Positions 38,335 through 50,159 of a stretch of 64,000 nt of DNA are shown here, one piece after another; position 1 is the stretch's first letter; each line of letters starts with the position of its first letter. The translations under genes were made by a program, and so were the position numbers. The notes beneath the pieces are model-generated. The model was not told the DNA's origin and ran no database searches. It saw nothing but the letters and a program-made list of their open reading frames with translations. Origin of the DNA: Octopus sinensis (lineage: Eukaryota); the NCBI RefSeq assembly GCF_006345805.1, contig NC_043006.1:10974001-11038000 (forward strand), written 5' to 3'.

Positions 38335-40799
38335 TCTGAGAGAGAAAAGATCTCTCTGCTGACATAGAGACAACAAGCAAAGACGAAATATGCAAATACG
38401 AAGCCCCTGTTGACAATATTTTTAATTACAGTTCTAAGTAGTAAATGTTGATAAAGGCGAAAAAAAATTCTCTCTTTCTTTCTTTAGGTATATATAAGGA
38501 CTGATAGATTGCTGAATTTGGAGTAGGAGATGGAAAGTTTTGACATGGAAATGTCATTAATTTTATTAACTAAGATTGCCTTCTTCAAACAAGCGGTTGA
38601 GTGTTTTACCGATATTTCTGCTATGCTCCTTATGTTTTGTTAAGACAAACAAAGCAGTCGTAAACTAGTTGCCACCTGCTATACTAAACTCAATATTTCT
38701 TCAACTGGTAGTGTTTTATTCCGCCAACGATAACATTTATCGATTCAAAACCATTAACACTTGCCTTAAATAACAATAAGCCTTACAATAAGTCTGTTAA
38801 GGTTTTTAAGAGGAAAAGCCGTTTATTTTTTTTACCTTGCTTTATGGGTGACGTGAAACTATATGACACATCTAGTTATGGGTTTACCTGTTTATGGGAG
38901 ACATTACACGATAGCTGTTTAATGCGGAGATGAGAGCATACAAACTACATTATAGGTGTATCAATTGCTGCACGTATTGTATAATTTTTTTTTGTTGAAA
39001 TTGTTACATTTGTGATACAAAATGCAATCTGTGGAAAAACGAACACTGTAACTTATGGTATTCAGATATAAACCTCTTCCTGTTTTAGTTCAAACACCAC
39101 CAGAGAAAATCTGATTTTCTTTTACGGGTGAAATTTTTATAACTGAATTACTGTAATCCAAATGACTGTGACTATCCATTCATCTCATATATGTATGGAT
39201 TTATAACAATATTAGAAATCAAAGATCTTCTCGGTTTGAACGGCAGGTTTTTTTCTAGAGGTGTCATATGAAATTGTCACCCATAATTATGATCCTAGTA
39301 TCGATCTATTGCATTTCAATCTATTTTAGGGTTAGGGTTAGGAGGGAGGTATAATATGGGCTTAAAAATCTGCTTGAATGGAGAAAAATCGAAGGCTTCT
39401 CATGGGACTTAAAGCCACAGTTTCTGTAAATATGACAGATGTCCAACCATGGTAAGGACTTAATTCCAGTTTTGTCTTCTTTTTCTTCTTTTTTCATGTG
39501 AAGCTGTAATTTACAAAGGACCGTGCGTAATATCTCAAGCGCGAAATTTACTGCTAGAGGGTAAATACTGAAAATATGATAAAGCTAATCAAAAACAATC
39601 TTTTTCAACACCTCTGTCAGGATATTTTGTTTTGAACTGGTCACACCAGAATAATGCATTTCAAACATCTGCTGACCACTTAACATTTGTTAGTTTTTAT
39701 ATATTTATCGTATTTATTTTTATTTATATAATTTTATTGTTCCATTTTAAATGATTCATTGATGCATTATTTCAATATTACACGCCAAGTGTTGCACTGC
39801 AAAGCTAACCACAATCAAATTAGATATCACATGCTTCATATCATTCGCATTTATATTAGAATTTTTAGTAGTTTTTTGTCGTTTATTATTACTTTGTGTA
39901 TAAATTATATCATGGGTGAACCGCTAATTAAAAAAAATCACATTTTATCAATTTAAATTTGAATGCTTTAGAATTTGTTGGAACAAATTATTCCTAGTGA
40001 AGAATAATAAATTAAAATTATTGTTTTAGTTTTTTTTCGTTTTGTTTTTATTTTATGTTTTTCTGTGTTTTCTGTGCTTTTCGTCAATGAAGTTTTTAAC
40101 AATCATTGGTGTTTTGGTGTTATAAAATAAATCAGTCTGTTGTTTAACTAATGGATCGTATACAATTGATGATATCTAAGTTACATAACGCAGGGAATCA
40201 TAAAATAAGGAAGGATTTTATCTTGTCGACTGTCGAAAGAAAGGGGAATATCTCAGATGCTTCCGGGAGATTAAATTTAGAAAATAAGACAAATGAGAGC
40301 AAGATGAAAAATGATAATCGTTAATAACATCTAAATGATTAGAGACGAAGTAAATATCTAATGAACTGATTATCTGTAACAGAAGTTAAAGGACATAAAC
40401 TTGATTATTTGGATTGATATATCGTCTATATCAATCTATAATACTTGCCCTTCCCAACATATTCTAGCCTGAAGGAAAATAGAATAATTCTCAGACTAAG
40501 AAGCAGTGATAATTTAGTTGTATAACGGAAAATTGACGGCGGCAGTATTGTGTTACAAACAGGATGTCTCACGAACGACATTGGTTTCCATTCTCTGCAG
40601 AGGGAGTTCCACCGTTCGTACGCTCGGTATCTATAAAATAAAAGTACCAATCCCAGTCCTGAGTGATATTGACTGGCGAAATTTTTAGAGTATCAGTTCA
40701 TTGTGGTATTTATTGCAGCCCTGTGTGTTCTGGGCTCAAGTGCTGTCCTGCCGACAGAGAGTAGCAGAAATTTAAAACAAAAAACAATGGAAATATATA

Positions 40800-41212
40800 T
40801 TTCTTTACTTCCTACAAGGGGCTAAACATAGAGGGGACAACAAAGACAGGCAGACGGATTAAGTCGATTATATCGACCCCAGTGCGTAATTGGTACTTAA
40901 TTTATCGACCCCGAAAGAATGAAAGGCAAAGTTGACCTCGGCGGAATTTGAACTCAGGATGTAGCGGCAGAGGAAATGCCTATTTCTTTACTACCTACAA
41001 GGGGCTAAACACAGAGAGGACAAACAAGGACAGACAAACAGATTAAGTTGATTATATCGATCCCGGTGCGTAAATGGTACTTAATTTATCGATCACGAAA
41101 GGATGGAAGGCAAAGTCGACCTCGGCGGAATTTGAACTCACAACGTAACGGCAGACGAAACACCGCTAAGCATTTCGCCCGGCGTGCTAACGATCCTGCC
41201 AGTTCACCGCCT
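40800..41212 (-). mobile_element. SINE family A, head + 2 units
   Basis: Family A sequence. Confidence 0.85.
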
Positions 41213-42005
41213 TAAACAATGGAAATATAGTTACATTTGTTCTCTCAGAACAACCACCACCAGTTTGAATGTGTTTGGGTTGGTGGTAATGCGGTACACA
41301 TCCATATGAGTAAACGGCCGAGCGGTAGCAGAGCTGAGGAGGAAGAACTATAAATTAGATTATTTACTATGGTTTTGAGAAAAAAAATTGCTAAGCTAGA
41401 GGAGCGAAAGGGGTTTCTATAAGCTATCGTAATAAACTGAAAAACTCAAAGAAGCAACCTCTGTAGTATGGAACAAAATAATACTGAATTAACTAATGAC
41501 TACGGTGGCCCGTAAATGGAAGCTTCCTTAACAAGAAACTGACCTATATCTAATTGGATAAAAATGTAGTTCATTTGCTGCTGATAGGCGCCTATCACAA
41601 TGGTAATGCCGTAATACACGTTCGACTTTTCATCTTCCTAACGGCAGAAACAATTTAGTCCAATTTCGTATTGTTTGCCGAAGCAGAATATCAAATGTGT
41701 TCTCGTATCTTGTTTACTTTACTCGACAAACATTTCTAGGAAACAAAGGTCTTATACGAAAATAAATAAAATTGATTCATATGAAATACGCTTCCATCTA
41801 ATTGCCATGGTATTAGTTGAAACATGACGGCAATACAAACTTTCCTAATATGTAGCTAGTCTTCTGCAGGACTTTAGCTTCATACTGCAAAGGGATAAGA
41901 CATTAATTTATTACGCAAAGTCCCAGCTACATTATACATGCATACATACATACATATAAATACATATATATATAAATACATACACACACATATACATACA
42001 CATGC

Positions 42006-42097
<92 letters not shown>

Positions 42098-42107
42098 GTA
42101 TATATAT

Positions 42108-42141
<34 letters not shown>

Positions 42142-42180
42142 GATGGATGGATGGATGGATATATATATATATATATAGAT

Positions 42181-42370
42181 ATGTTTCTTTATTAGCCACA
42201 CAGGGCTGCACACAGATAGACAAATTACAAGGTAGAGCTTTTCTTTTGAAGGTATTAAAAAAAAAAAAAAAAAAAAATAGGAAGGGGGAGGTTCGATCAA
42301 AAGGATCGTAAAAGGAGAGAAAGAGGACAAAAAAAAAGGGGGTAAAAAAAAAAAAAAAAAAAAAAAGGGA

Positions 42371-42408
<38 letters not shown>

Positions 42409-45400
42409 ATCAATAGGATCGTTATCACAAGAATGTCAATATGAAGTGTAAAGGGGAGGACAGGTGAGGTTTACCCGTGGAAAGAAAAGCCTACGGAAAA
42501 GACCACGGTAACCTCGGTCAATGAAGTCACATTTTATATTTCTTTTTTTTTTTTTTTTTTTTTGCAAATAAGTAACTCTCTGTTTTCGATTTCTGGGTTC
42601 ATAGGACTATGCTCAAGGTGGCTTCGTCATTCATACGTGCCATTCTTGCAACATTCACCCATCTTTTTTTAAAACATTCGCTAGACAAAACTTGCCTCTC
42701 TACTCTCACTTTCCTTTCAAGTGGTACTTGAAGAAGTTGATGAGAGATTGACCAGAGAGGAAAGTGTTTGTCTCCAATCCTTTCAGACGCGTCCACCAGA
42801 TACATTCTTTCGCCATAGCCACAAGGATGATGAAAATAGCTCTTCCTTCCCGTTTGAAGGAAGGAGGCGTGACAATATTGACGATAGACTCAGCTGATAA
42901 ACCGACTCGTCCCACACGTGACAGCAGTTGTTCGACATAAGCCCACAGGTCGGAAATTGTTGGACACTGAACGAGTGCGTGCAGAACGGTTTCGTCGCTC
43001 TGACCGCATCTCGGGCAGGTCGGCCCCGTGTTTCTCGAGCCGTGTCTGTAGAGCTTATCCCGAACGGGTAGCGCTTCTCGGTAGCACTGCCAGGCCAGGG
43101 ATCTCTGGAAGTTGTCCATGGGCCCTGGCCCGAAAGTCGTCCCGAACAGGCGGGTCAGGTACTCCTCGTCGACGTCCAGGTTCGCCCCGAGCTCGTCGTC
43201 GTACCTCCCCTCCACTAACCCCTATAGAATGCTTTGGTTGTGTTGAAGTCACTTAAGGTCGACCCAGGACGGCAGACTTGCTTGAGAGCAACGCGACACT
43301 CGCGGTGCCATTCGCCCTTCCTCGGCCTCTTTTTGATCCGACTGCAGTTCGGTCATGGAGACGAGCTGCGGGAAAGCGTGCCTCACAAACGGCGACCACA
43401 CCTGTTCACCGTCGTCTACATAGAGCCAGAGATGTCCAGTCTCAGCGCGTGTCTGCGCATCATCAACCACGGCATGCCCAGCCCTCCTTTTAACGGGTGT
43501 TGACAGCAAATGGATCGCCTGACCATCGGGAACGCATCCTTTCCACAAGAAGCGAAAGAGGATGCGTTGTAGTTTGGTGATGGTAGGGTCGGGACAAGGT
43601 ACGACGGTCAGGCGGTAGTAGATGACGGACGCGATGTACGTGTTCGCCACCTCCGCTCGACCTTTTAGGGACAGTTTCCTCTCTCGGCCCATTGCCGGGC
43701 GAGAGTCACCACCCCCTACTCGTTCTCGTTCCAGTTCTTCTCCACTTGGAGTCCGGACCAAACCAGACCCCGAGCAACTCAACCGGGCCGTCGGTCCAGC
43801 GTCCCACGACGGAGGCGCTGGTGGACGGCATGGCTTGCTTCTCCAGGTGCCTAGTCGCAAGCCCACTGACTTTTCCCGGTTGATTTTCGCTCCTGTCACC
43901 GCTTCGTAGTTTTTCAGTGTCTCGCGACCAGCTCGATGTGCTCGTGGCTAGACACTATGACCGTGACGTCGTCCGCGTATGCAGACACGCTCGTCCCGCA
44001 TCCCAATCTCGCGGGATGCCCCTTAGAGTCGCCAGCTTCCGCAGTAGTGGCTCAAGAGTCAATACGTATAGAAGCGCCGAGAGGGGGCATCCCTGACGGA
44101 CCGAACGTGCAATGTCGAAAGGTCTCGATAGATGTCCATTTACGCGAATTACCGAACGGATGCCTCTGTACAAGGCAGCTATCCAGCCGCGGAAGACGGG
44201 ACCGAAACCAGCCGCTCTCAGGACTGCCTCCAAGTATCGATGGTCTACCCTATCAAAGGCTTTTGATTGATCCAAGTTGATCAGGGCCCCACCCATGCCA
44301 GGTTCGTTAACTACCCTGTCTATGATGTAGCGCATCAGATGGAGGTTGTCATGGATGGTCCGGCCTGGCACGGCGCATGTTTGCGCCTTGTCGACCAGTT
44401 TCTCTCGATGACAAGCGCCAACCTCTTGGCTAGCACCTTGGCCAAAATTTTCAAGTCTGCATTAAGCAGAGTGATGGGCCTAAAGTTATCTATTACATTT
44501 CCCTTGTTTAGATCTTTCTTCAGCAGTGTTACGGCTCCTCGGCTCACAAAACCAGGAATGCTCCCGTTTTGCTGCCAGTTGCAGTACACCGCCGCCAAGA
44601 TCTCTCCAAACAAGTCTGGCATACAATTGTAAAATTCGTAGGGTAGACCATCCAAACCCGGTGATTTGTCCCTCGAGCATTCTGCCATCGCTTCCCGCAC
44701 TTCCGCCGCCGTGATGGCACCTTCGCAGCACCCTGCCTTTCTTGTCGAGAGTCGTGGTAGGCTATGTAGGTAGGCACTGAAGTCCACCCTACGTTCTTGC
44801 CCTCCACTCGTTCCGAACAGTCGGGCAAAATGCTGCTGAAGGCCTCACACATTTTACTTGGCTCGAGCAATTCGCGCCCCTGTTCATCTACCAGTGACCG
44901 AATGGTGGCTTTGTTGCCCTGTTGCGCCTCTGCCACCCGGCCTCTCTCGCGGCTCCAACACCTTCGTTCCTTAGAGCACGCATCCTAGCTCTGACAGCAC
45001 ATCCTTCGTGTTTGGCGTTGAAGTGTTGGTCGAGGGCCAACCTCGCCGCCAAAACGTCGGATGCGATGCCGCTTCTAATTGCCTCTTCTAGCTTCTTAAC
45101 TAGCTCACCCTCTACTCTATTTCTATCTATGGCTAGTGCTTGCTGTACCTAATCCTAATCGCTTCTGCTTTTACTGCTCTCTTGAGGGCAAACCACCATT
45201 GTTGTTGATGATGGCTCCCGTCAAAGCCCTCTTTACTAGTGTCTAATCCGGTCTCTGAAAACTTGTCTCGATGGGAAAGACGCGTTTAGTTTCCAGTATC
45301 CGGGACCCTGCCTAAGTGTCTTACCTAAGTCTAGCGTACATGTCACAAGTTTGTGATCCGTGTAGCTGACTATGTGGAATTGTGGACATCCTATGCTATC

Positions 45401-45459
45401 TCTATCTACTGTCCTACACAGTATCCTATCTAGATACGATCTCGACGACCCGATGCGGT

Positions 45460-45460
<1 letters not shown>
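42181..45460 (-). mobile_element. Tx1-type non-LTR retrotransposon copy 1, truncated within the endonuclease domain
   Basis: RT motifs FRPITLLNADLKILAKVLAKRL, INLDQSKAFDRVDH, SVRQGCPLSALLY, AYADDVTV, TGAKINREKS; C-terminal CPRCGQSDETVLHALVQC; ~417 nt 3' UTR ending AATAAAGAAACAT; both ends in GATA arrays. Confidence 0.9.
42599..45460 (-). pseudogene. Tx1 ORF2 (partial APE + RT + zinc knuckle), frameshifted
   Basis: Consecutive ORF-track fragments (42599, 42706, 43249, 43955, 44335, 44544, 45236) form one polyprotein; stop after ..DEATLSIVL. Confidence 0.85.
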
Positions 45461-45512
<52 letters not shown>

Positions 45513-45616
45513 GGATGGATGGATATATAGATGGATGGATGGATATATAGATGGATGGATGGATATATAGATAGATGGATGGATATATAGATAGGTAGAT
45601 AGATGAATGGATATAT

Positions 45617-48600
45617 ATGTTTCTTTATTAGCCACACAGGGCTGCACACAGATAGAACAAATTACAAGGTAGAGCTTTTCTTTTGAAGGTTTAAAAAAAA
45701 ATTAAAATAAAAAAAAAAAATAAATAAATAAATAAATAAAATAACAATAAAATAAAATAAAAAAGGGGGGTCGATCAAAAGGGATCGTAAAAGGAGAGAA
45801 AGAGGACAAAAAAGGGGGGGGTAAAAAAAAAGGGGGAGAGAAAAAAAATTGATCAATAGGGATCGTTATCACAGAAATGTCAATATGAAGTGTAAAGGGG
45901 AGGACAGGTGAGGTTTACCCGTGGAAAGAAAAGCCTACGGAAAAGACCACGGTAACCTCGGTCAATGAAGTCACATGTTATATTTCTTTTTTTTTTTTCA
46001 AATAAGCAACTCTCTGTATTAATTTTTACGGTTCATAGAATCATAGTCAAGGTGGCTTCGTCATCATACGTGCCATCCTTGCTACATTCACCGATCTTTT
46101 TTTAAAACATTCACTAGACAAAACTTGCCTCTCTACTCTCACTTTTTTCTTCAAGTGATACTTGAAGAAGTTGATGAGAGATTGACCAGAGAGGAAAGTG
46201 TTTGTCTCTAATCCTTTCAGACGCGTCCACCAGATACATTCTTTCGCCATAGCCACAAGTATGATAAAATAGCTCTTCCTTCCCGTTTGAAGGAAGGAGG
46301 CGTGACGATATTAACGATAGACTCGGCGGATAAACCGACACGTCCCACACGTGACAGCAGTCGTTCGACATAAGCCCACAGGTGGGAAATTGCTGGACAC
46401 TGCACGATTGCGTGCAGAGCGGTTTCGTCGCTCTGCCCGCATCTCGGGCAGGTCGGCCCCGTGTTTCTCGAGCCATGCCTATAGAGCTTATCCCGAACGG
46501 GTAGCGCTTCTCGGTAGCACCGCCAGGCCAGGGATCTCTGGAAGTTGTCCATAGGTCCCGGGCCGAAAGTCGTTTGAAACAGGCGGGTCAGGTATTCCTC
46601 GTCGACGTCCAGGTTCGCCCGAGCTCGTCGTCGTACCTCCCCTCCACTAATCCCCTATAGAATGCTTTGGTTGTGTTGAAGTCACTCAAGGTCGACCCGG
46701 AACGGCAGAGTTGCTTGAGAGCAACGCGACACTCGCGGTGCCATTCGCCCTTCTTCGGCCTCTTTTTGATCCACGACTGTAGTTCGGTCATGGAGACGAG
46801 TTGCGGGAATGCGTGCCTCACAACGGCGACCACACCTGTTCACCGTCGTCTACATAGAGCCGGAGATGTCGCAGTCTCAGCGCGTGTCTGCGCATCATCA
46901 ACCACGGCATCCCAGCCCTCCTTTTAACGGGTGTTGACAGCAAATGGATCGCCTGACCATCGGGACGCATCCTTTCCACAAGAAGCGGAAGAGGATGCGT
47001 TCTAGTTTGGTGGTGATGGTAGGGTCGGGACAAGGTACGACGGTCAGCGGTAGTAGATGATGGACGCGATGTGCGCGTTCACCACCTCCGCCCGACCTTT
47101 TAGGGACAGTTTCCTCTCTCGGCCATTGCTGGGCGAGAGTGACCACCCTACTCGTTATCTCGTTCCAGTTCTTCTCCATTTGGGTCCGGTCCGACCGAAC
47201 CAGACCCCGAGCAACTCAACCGGGCCGTCTGTCCAGCGTCCCACGACGGAGGTACTGGTGGACGGCATGGGCTTGCTTCTCCAGGTGCCGAGCCGCAAGC
47301 CCACTGACTTTTCCCGGTTGATTTTTGCTCCTGTCACCGCTTCGTAGTCTTTCAGTGTCTCGCCGCCCGCTCGATGTGCTCGTGGCTTGACACTATGACG
47401 GTGACGTCGTCCGCGTATGCAGACACGCTCGTCCCGCATCCTAATTCTCGCGGGATGCCCCTCAGAGTCGCCAGCTTCCGCAGCAGTAGTGGCTCAAGAG
47501 TCAATACGTATAGAAGCGCCGAGAGGGGGCATCCCTGACGGACCGAACGTGCAATGTCGAAGGTCTCGATAGATGTCCATTTACGCGAATTATTACCGAA
47601 CGGATGCCCCTGTACAAGGCAGCTATCCAGCCGCGGAAGACGGGACCGAAACCAGCCGCTCTCAGGACTGCCTCCAAGTATCGATGGTCTACCCTATCAA
47701 GGCTTTCAATTGATCCAAGTTGATCAGGGCCCCACCCATGCCAGGTTCGTTAACTACCCTGTCTATGATGAGCGCATCAGATGGAGGTGTCATGGATGCT
47801 CCGGCCCGGCACGGCGCACGTTTGTGCGTTGTCGACCAGTTTCTCCATGACAAGTGCCAACCTCTTGGCTAACACCTTTGTCAAAATTTTCAGGTCTGCA
47901 TTGAGCAGAGTGATTGGCCTAAAGTTATCTATAATTTTCCCTTGTTTGAATCTTTCTTCAGCAGAGTTACAGCTCCTCGACTCACAAAACCGGTATGCTC
48001 CCGTTTTGCTGCCAGTTGCAGTATACCGCTGCCAAGACGTCTCCAAACAAGTCTGGCATACAATAGTAAAATTCGTAGGGTAGACCATCCAAACCCGGTG
48101 ATTTGTCCCTCGAGCATTCTGCCATCGCTTCCCGCACTTCCGCCGCCGTAATGGCACCTTCGCAGCACCCTGCCTTTCTTGTCGAGAGTCGTGGCAGGCT
48201 ATGTAGGTAGGCACTGAAGTCTACCCTACGTTCTTGCCCTCCACTCGTCCCGAACAGTCGAGCAAAATGCTGCTGAAAGGCCTCACACATTTTACTTGGC
48301 TCGAGCAATTCGCGCCCCTGTTCATCTACCAGTGACCGAATGGTGGCTTTGTTGCCCTGTTGCGCCTCTGCCACCCGAGCCTCTCTCGCGGCTCCAACAC
48401 CTTCGTTCCTTAGAGCACGCATCCTAGCTCTGACAGCACATCCTTCGTGTTTGGCGTTGAAGTGTTGGTCGAGGGCCAACCTCGCCGCCAAAACGTCGGA
48501 TGCGATGCCGCTTCTAATTGCCTCTTCTAGCTTCTTAACTAGCTCACCCTCTACTCTATTTCTATCTATGGCTAGTGCTTTGCTGTACCTAATCGCTTCT

Positions 48601-49570
48601 GCTTTTACTGCTCTCTTGAGGGCAAACCACCATTTGTTGTTGATGATGGCTCCCGTCAAAGCCCTCTTTACTAGTGTGCTAATCCGGTCTCTGAAAACTT
48701 GTCTGGACGGGAATGATGCGTTCAGTTTCCAGTACCCAGGACCCTGTCTATGTGCCTATCTAAGTCTAGCGTACACGTCACAATTTGTGATCCGTGTAGC
48801 TGACTGTGTTGAATTGTGGACATCCTAAGTTATCCTTGTCTACTGTCCTACACAGTATCCTATCTAGATACGATCTCGACGACCCACTGCGGTTGCTCCA
48901 TGTCCACGTTGGTGCATTTGGGTGGTCGAGTCGGTACCTGTCAGACAGTTGGAATCGTCTGAGCAGGTCTCTGAGGCATTTGCATCCCCTTCTGTTTCTG
49001 TCTCTACCCCACGTAGTCTACATGCGTGTCCAAGGTAGCATTCCAATCCCCCACTAAGAGTAAAGGACGAGACGTTCCAAGAATACTTCTAGACGTCGAA
49101 AGAAATCCGCCCGACCTGTTAAGGGCGGTGCGTAGACTGATACGAGTCGAAAAGCGCACCCATTGCTGCCGTCAACATCCAGAACGATCAGTCTACCCTC
49201 CGGGTCTACGAATATCGTCTTGACTTCGAGATCCAGGCTCTTGTGAAAAAGTACCGCGGTGCCACTACCGCCCATCCTCGGCAGACAGGGAGCGAAATAA
49301 ATGTTTAAACTGTCCGCCAAACATGGACTTTAGGGCCCGTGGCTCGTGGAGCCTGGTCTCACTTATGGCTATGATTCCCAAATCATGTGACTTGATGTCA
49401 TTTAGGAGGTATCCTTGTTTCCAAGGAGACCCCAAGCCACGCGCATTCACACAACCAATCTTGACTATGATTTATTGGGGGGTGTGTGCTTTAAAACACA
49501 CAAATGAAAGTACAGAGAGTTACTTACTTGTGTCGAAAGTTTTGGCTTCCTCGTTCTTTGATGTGTCTTC
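45617..49570 (-). mobile_element. Tx1-type non-LTR retrotransposon copy 2: ORF1 C-terminal stub + complete ORF2 + 3' UTR, with TSD
   Basis: APE N-terminus VKIGCVNARGLGSPWKQ..IIAISETRL, VSVYAP, DHK; RT and zinc-knuckle motifs as in copy 1; GATGAATGGATATATA at 45602-45617 and 49571-49586. Confidence 0.9.
46033..49468 (-). pseudogene. Tx1 ORF2 (APE-RT-zinc knuckle), frameshifted
   Basis: ORF-track fragments 49265, 49054, 47982, 47777, 47155, 46898, 46588, 46217, 46047. Confidence 0.85.
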
Positions 49571-49840
49571 GATGAATGGATATATAGATAGATAGGTAGA
49601 TAGATTAATGGATATATAGATAGGACGGATATATAGATAGATAGGTAGATAGATGGACGGATATAGAGATAGATAGGTAGATAGATGGACGGATATATAG
49701 ATAGATAGGTAGATAGATGGACGGATATATAGATAGATAGGTAGATAGATGGATGGATATATAGATAGATAGGTAGATGGATGGATATATAGATAGATAG
49801 GTAGATAGATGAATGGATAGATAGATAGATAGATAGATAG

Positions 49841-49887
<47 letters not shown>

Positions 49888-49890
49888 GAT
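49571..49890. repeat. Compound GATA/GGAT array with a 32 bp higher-order unit
   Basis: GGACGGATATATAGATAGATAGGTAGATAGAT starts at 49623, 49655, 49687, 49719, with a variant at 49751. Confidence 0.9.
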
Positions 49891-50159
49891 ATTTAATCCG
49901 TTAGTCCGACGAAATATATATTGCGCTTCGCCTAAGGCTCCCATTGAGACATAGGCAAACCAGAATATATATGTTGTCTGACTAACGATTATGGATTATA
50001 TAATCTTTAAACAATCTCAGTCTTATAGTACTTTGCCGTAAGTACGCAGACATAGCGGCTTCTTAAACTTGTTCTTCCATGATGCTTGTGTGTGTGTCTC
50101 CCCGACAGGATTCTACCATTCCACCGCTTTACAGCATGAAAATAATTGTTTCATATTTT

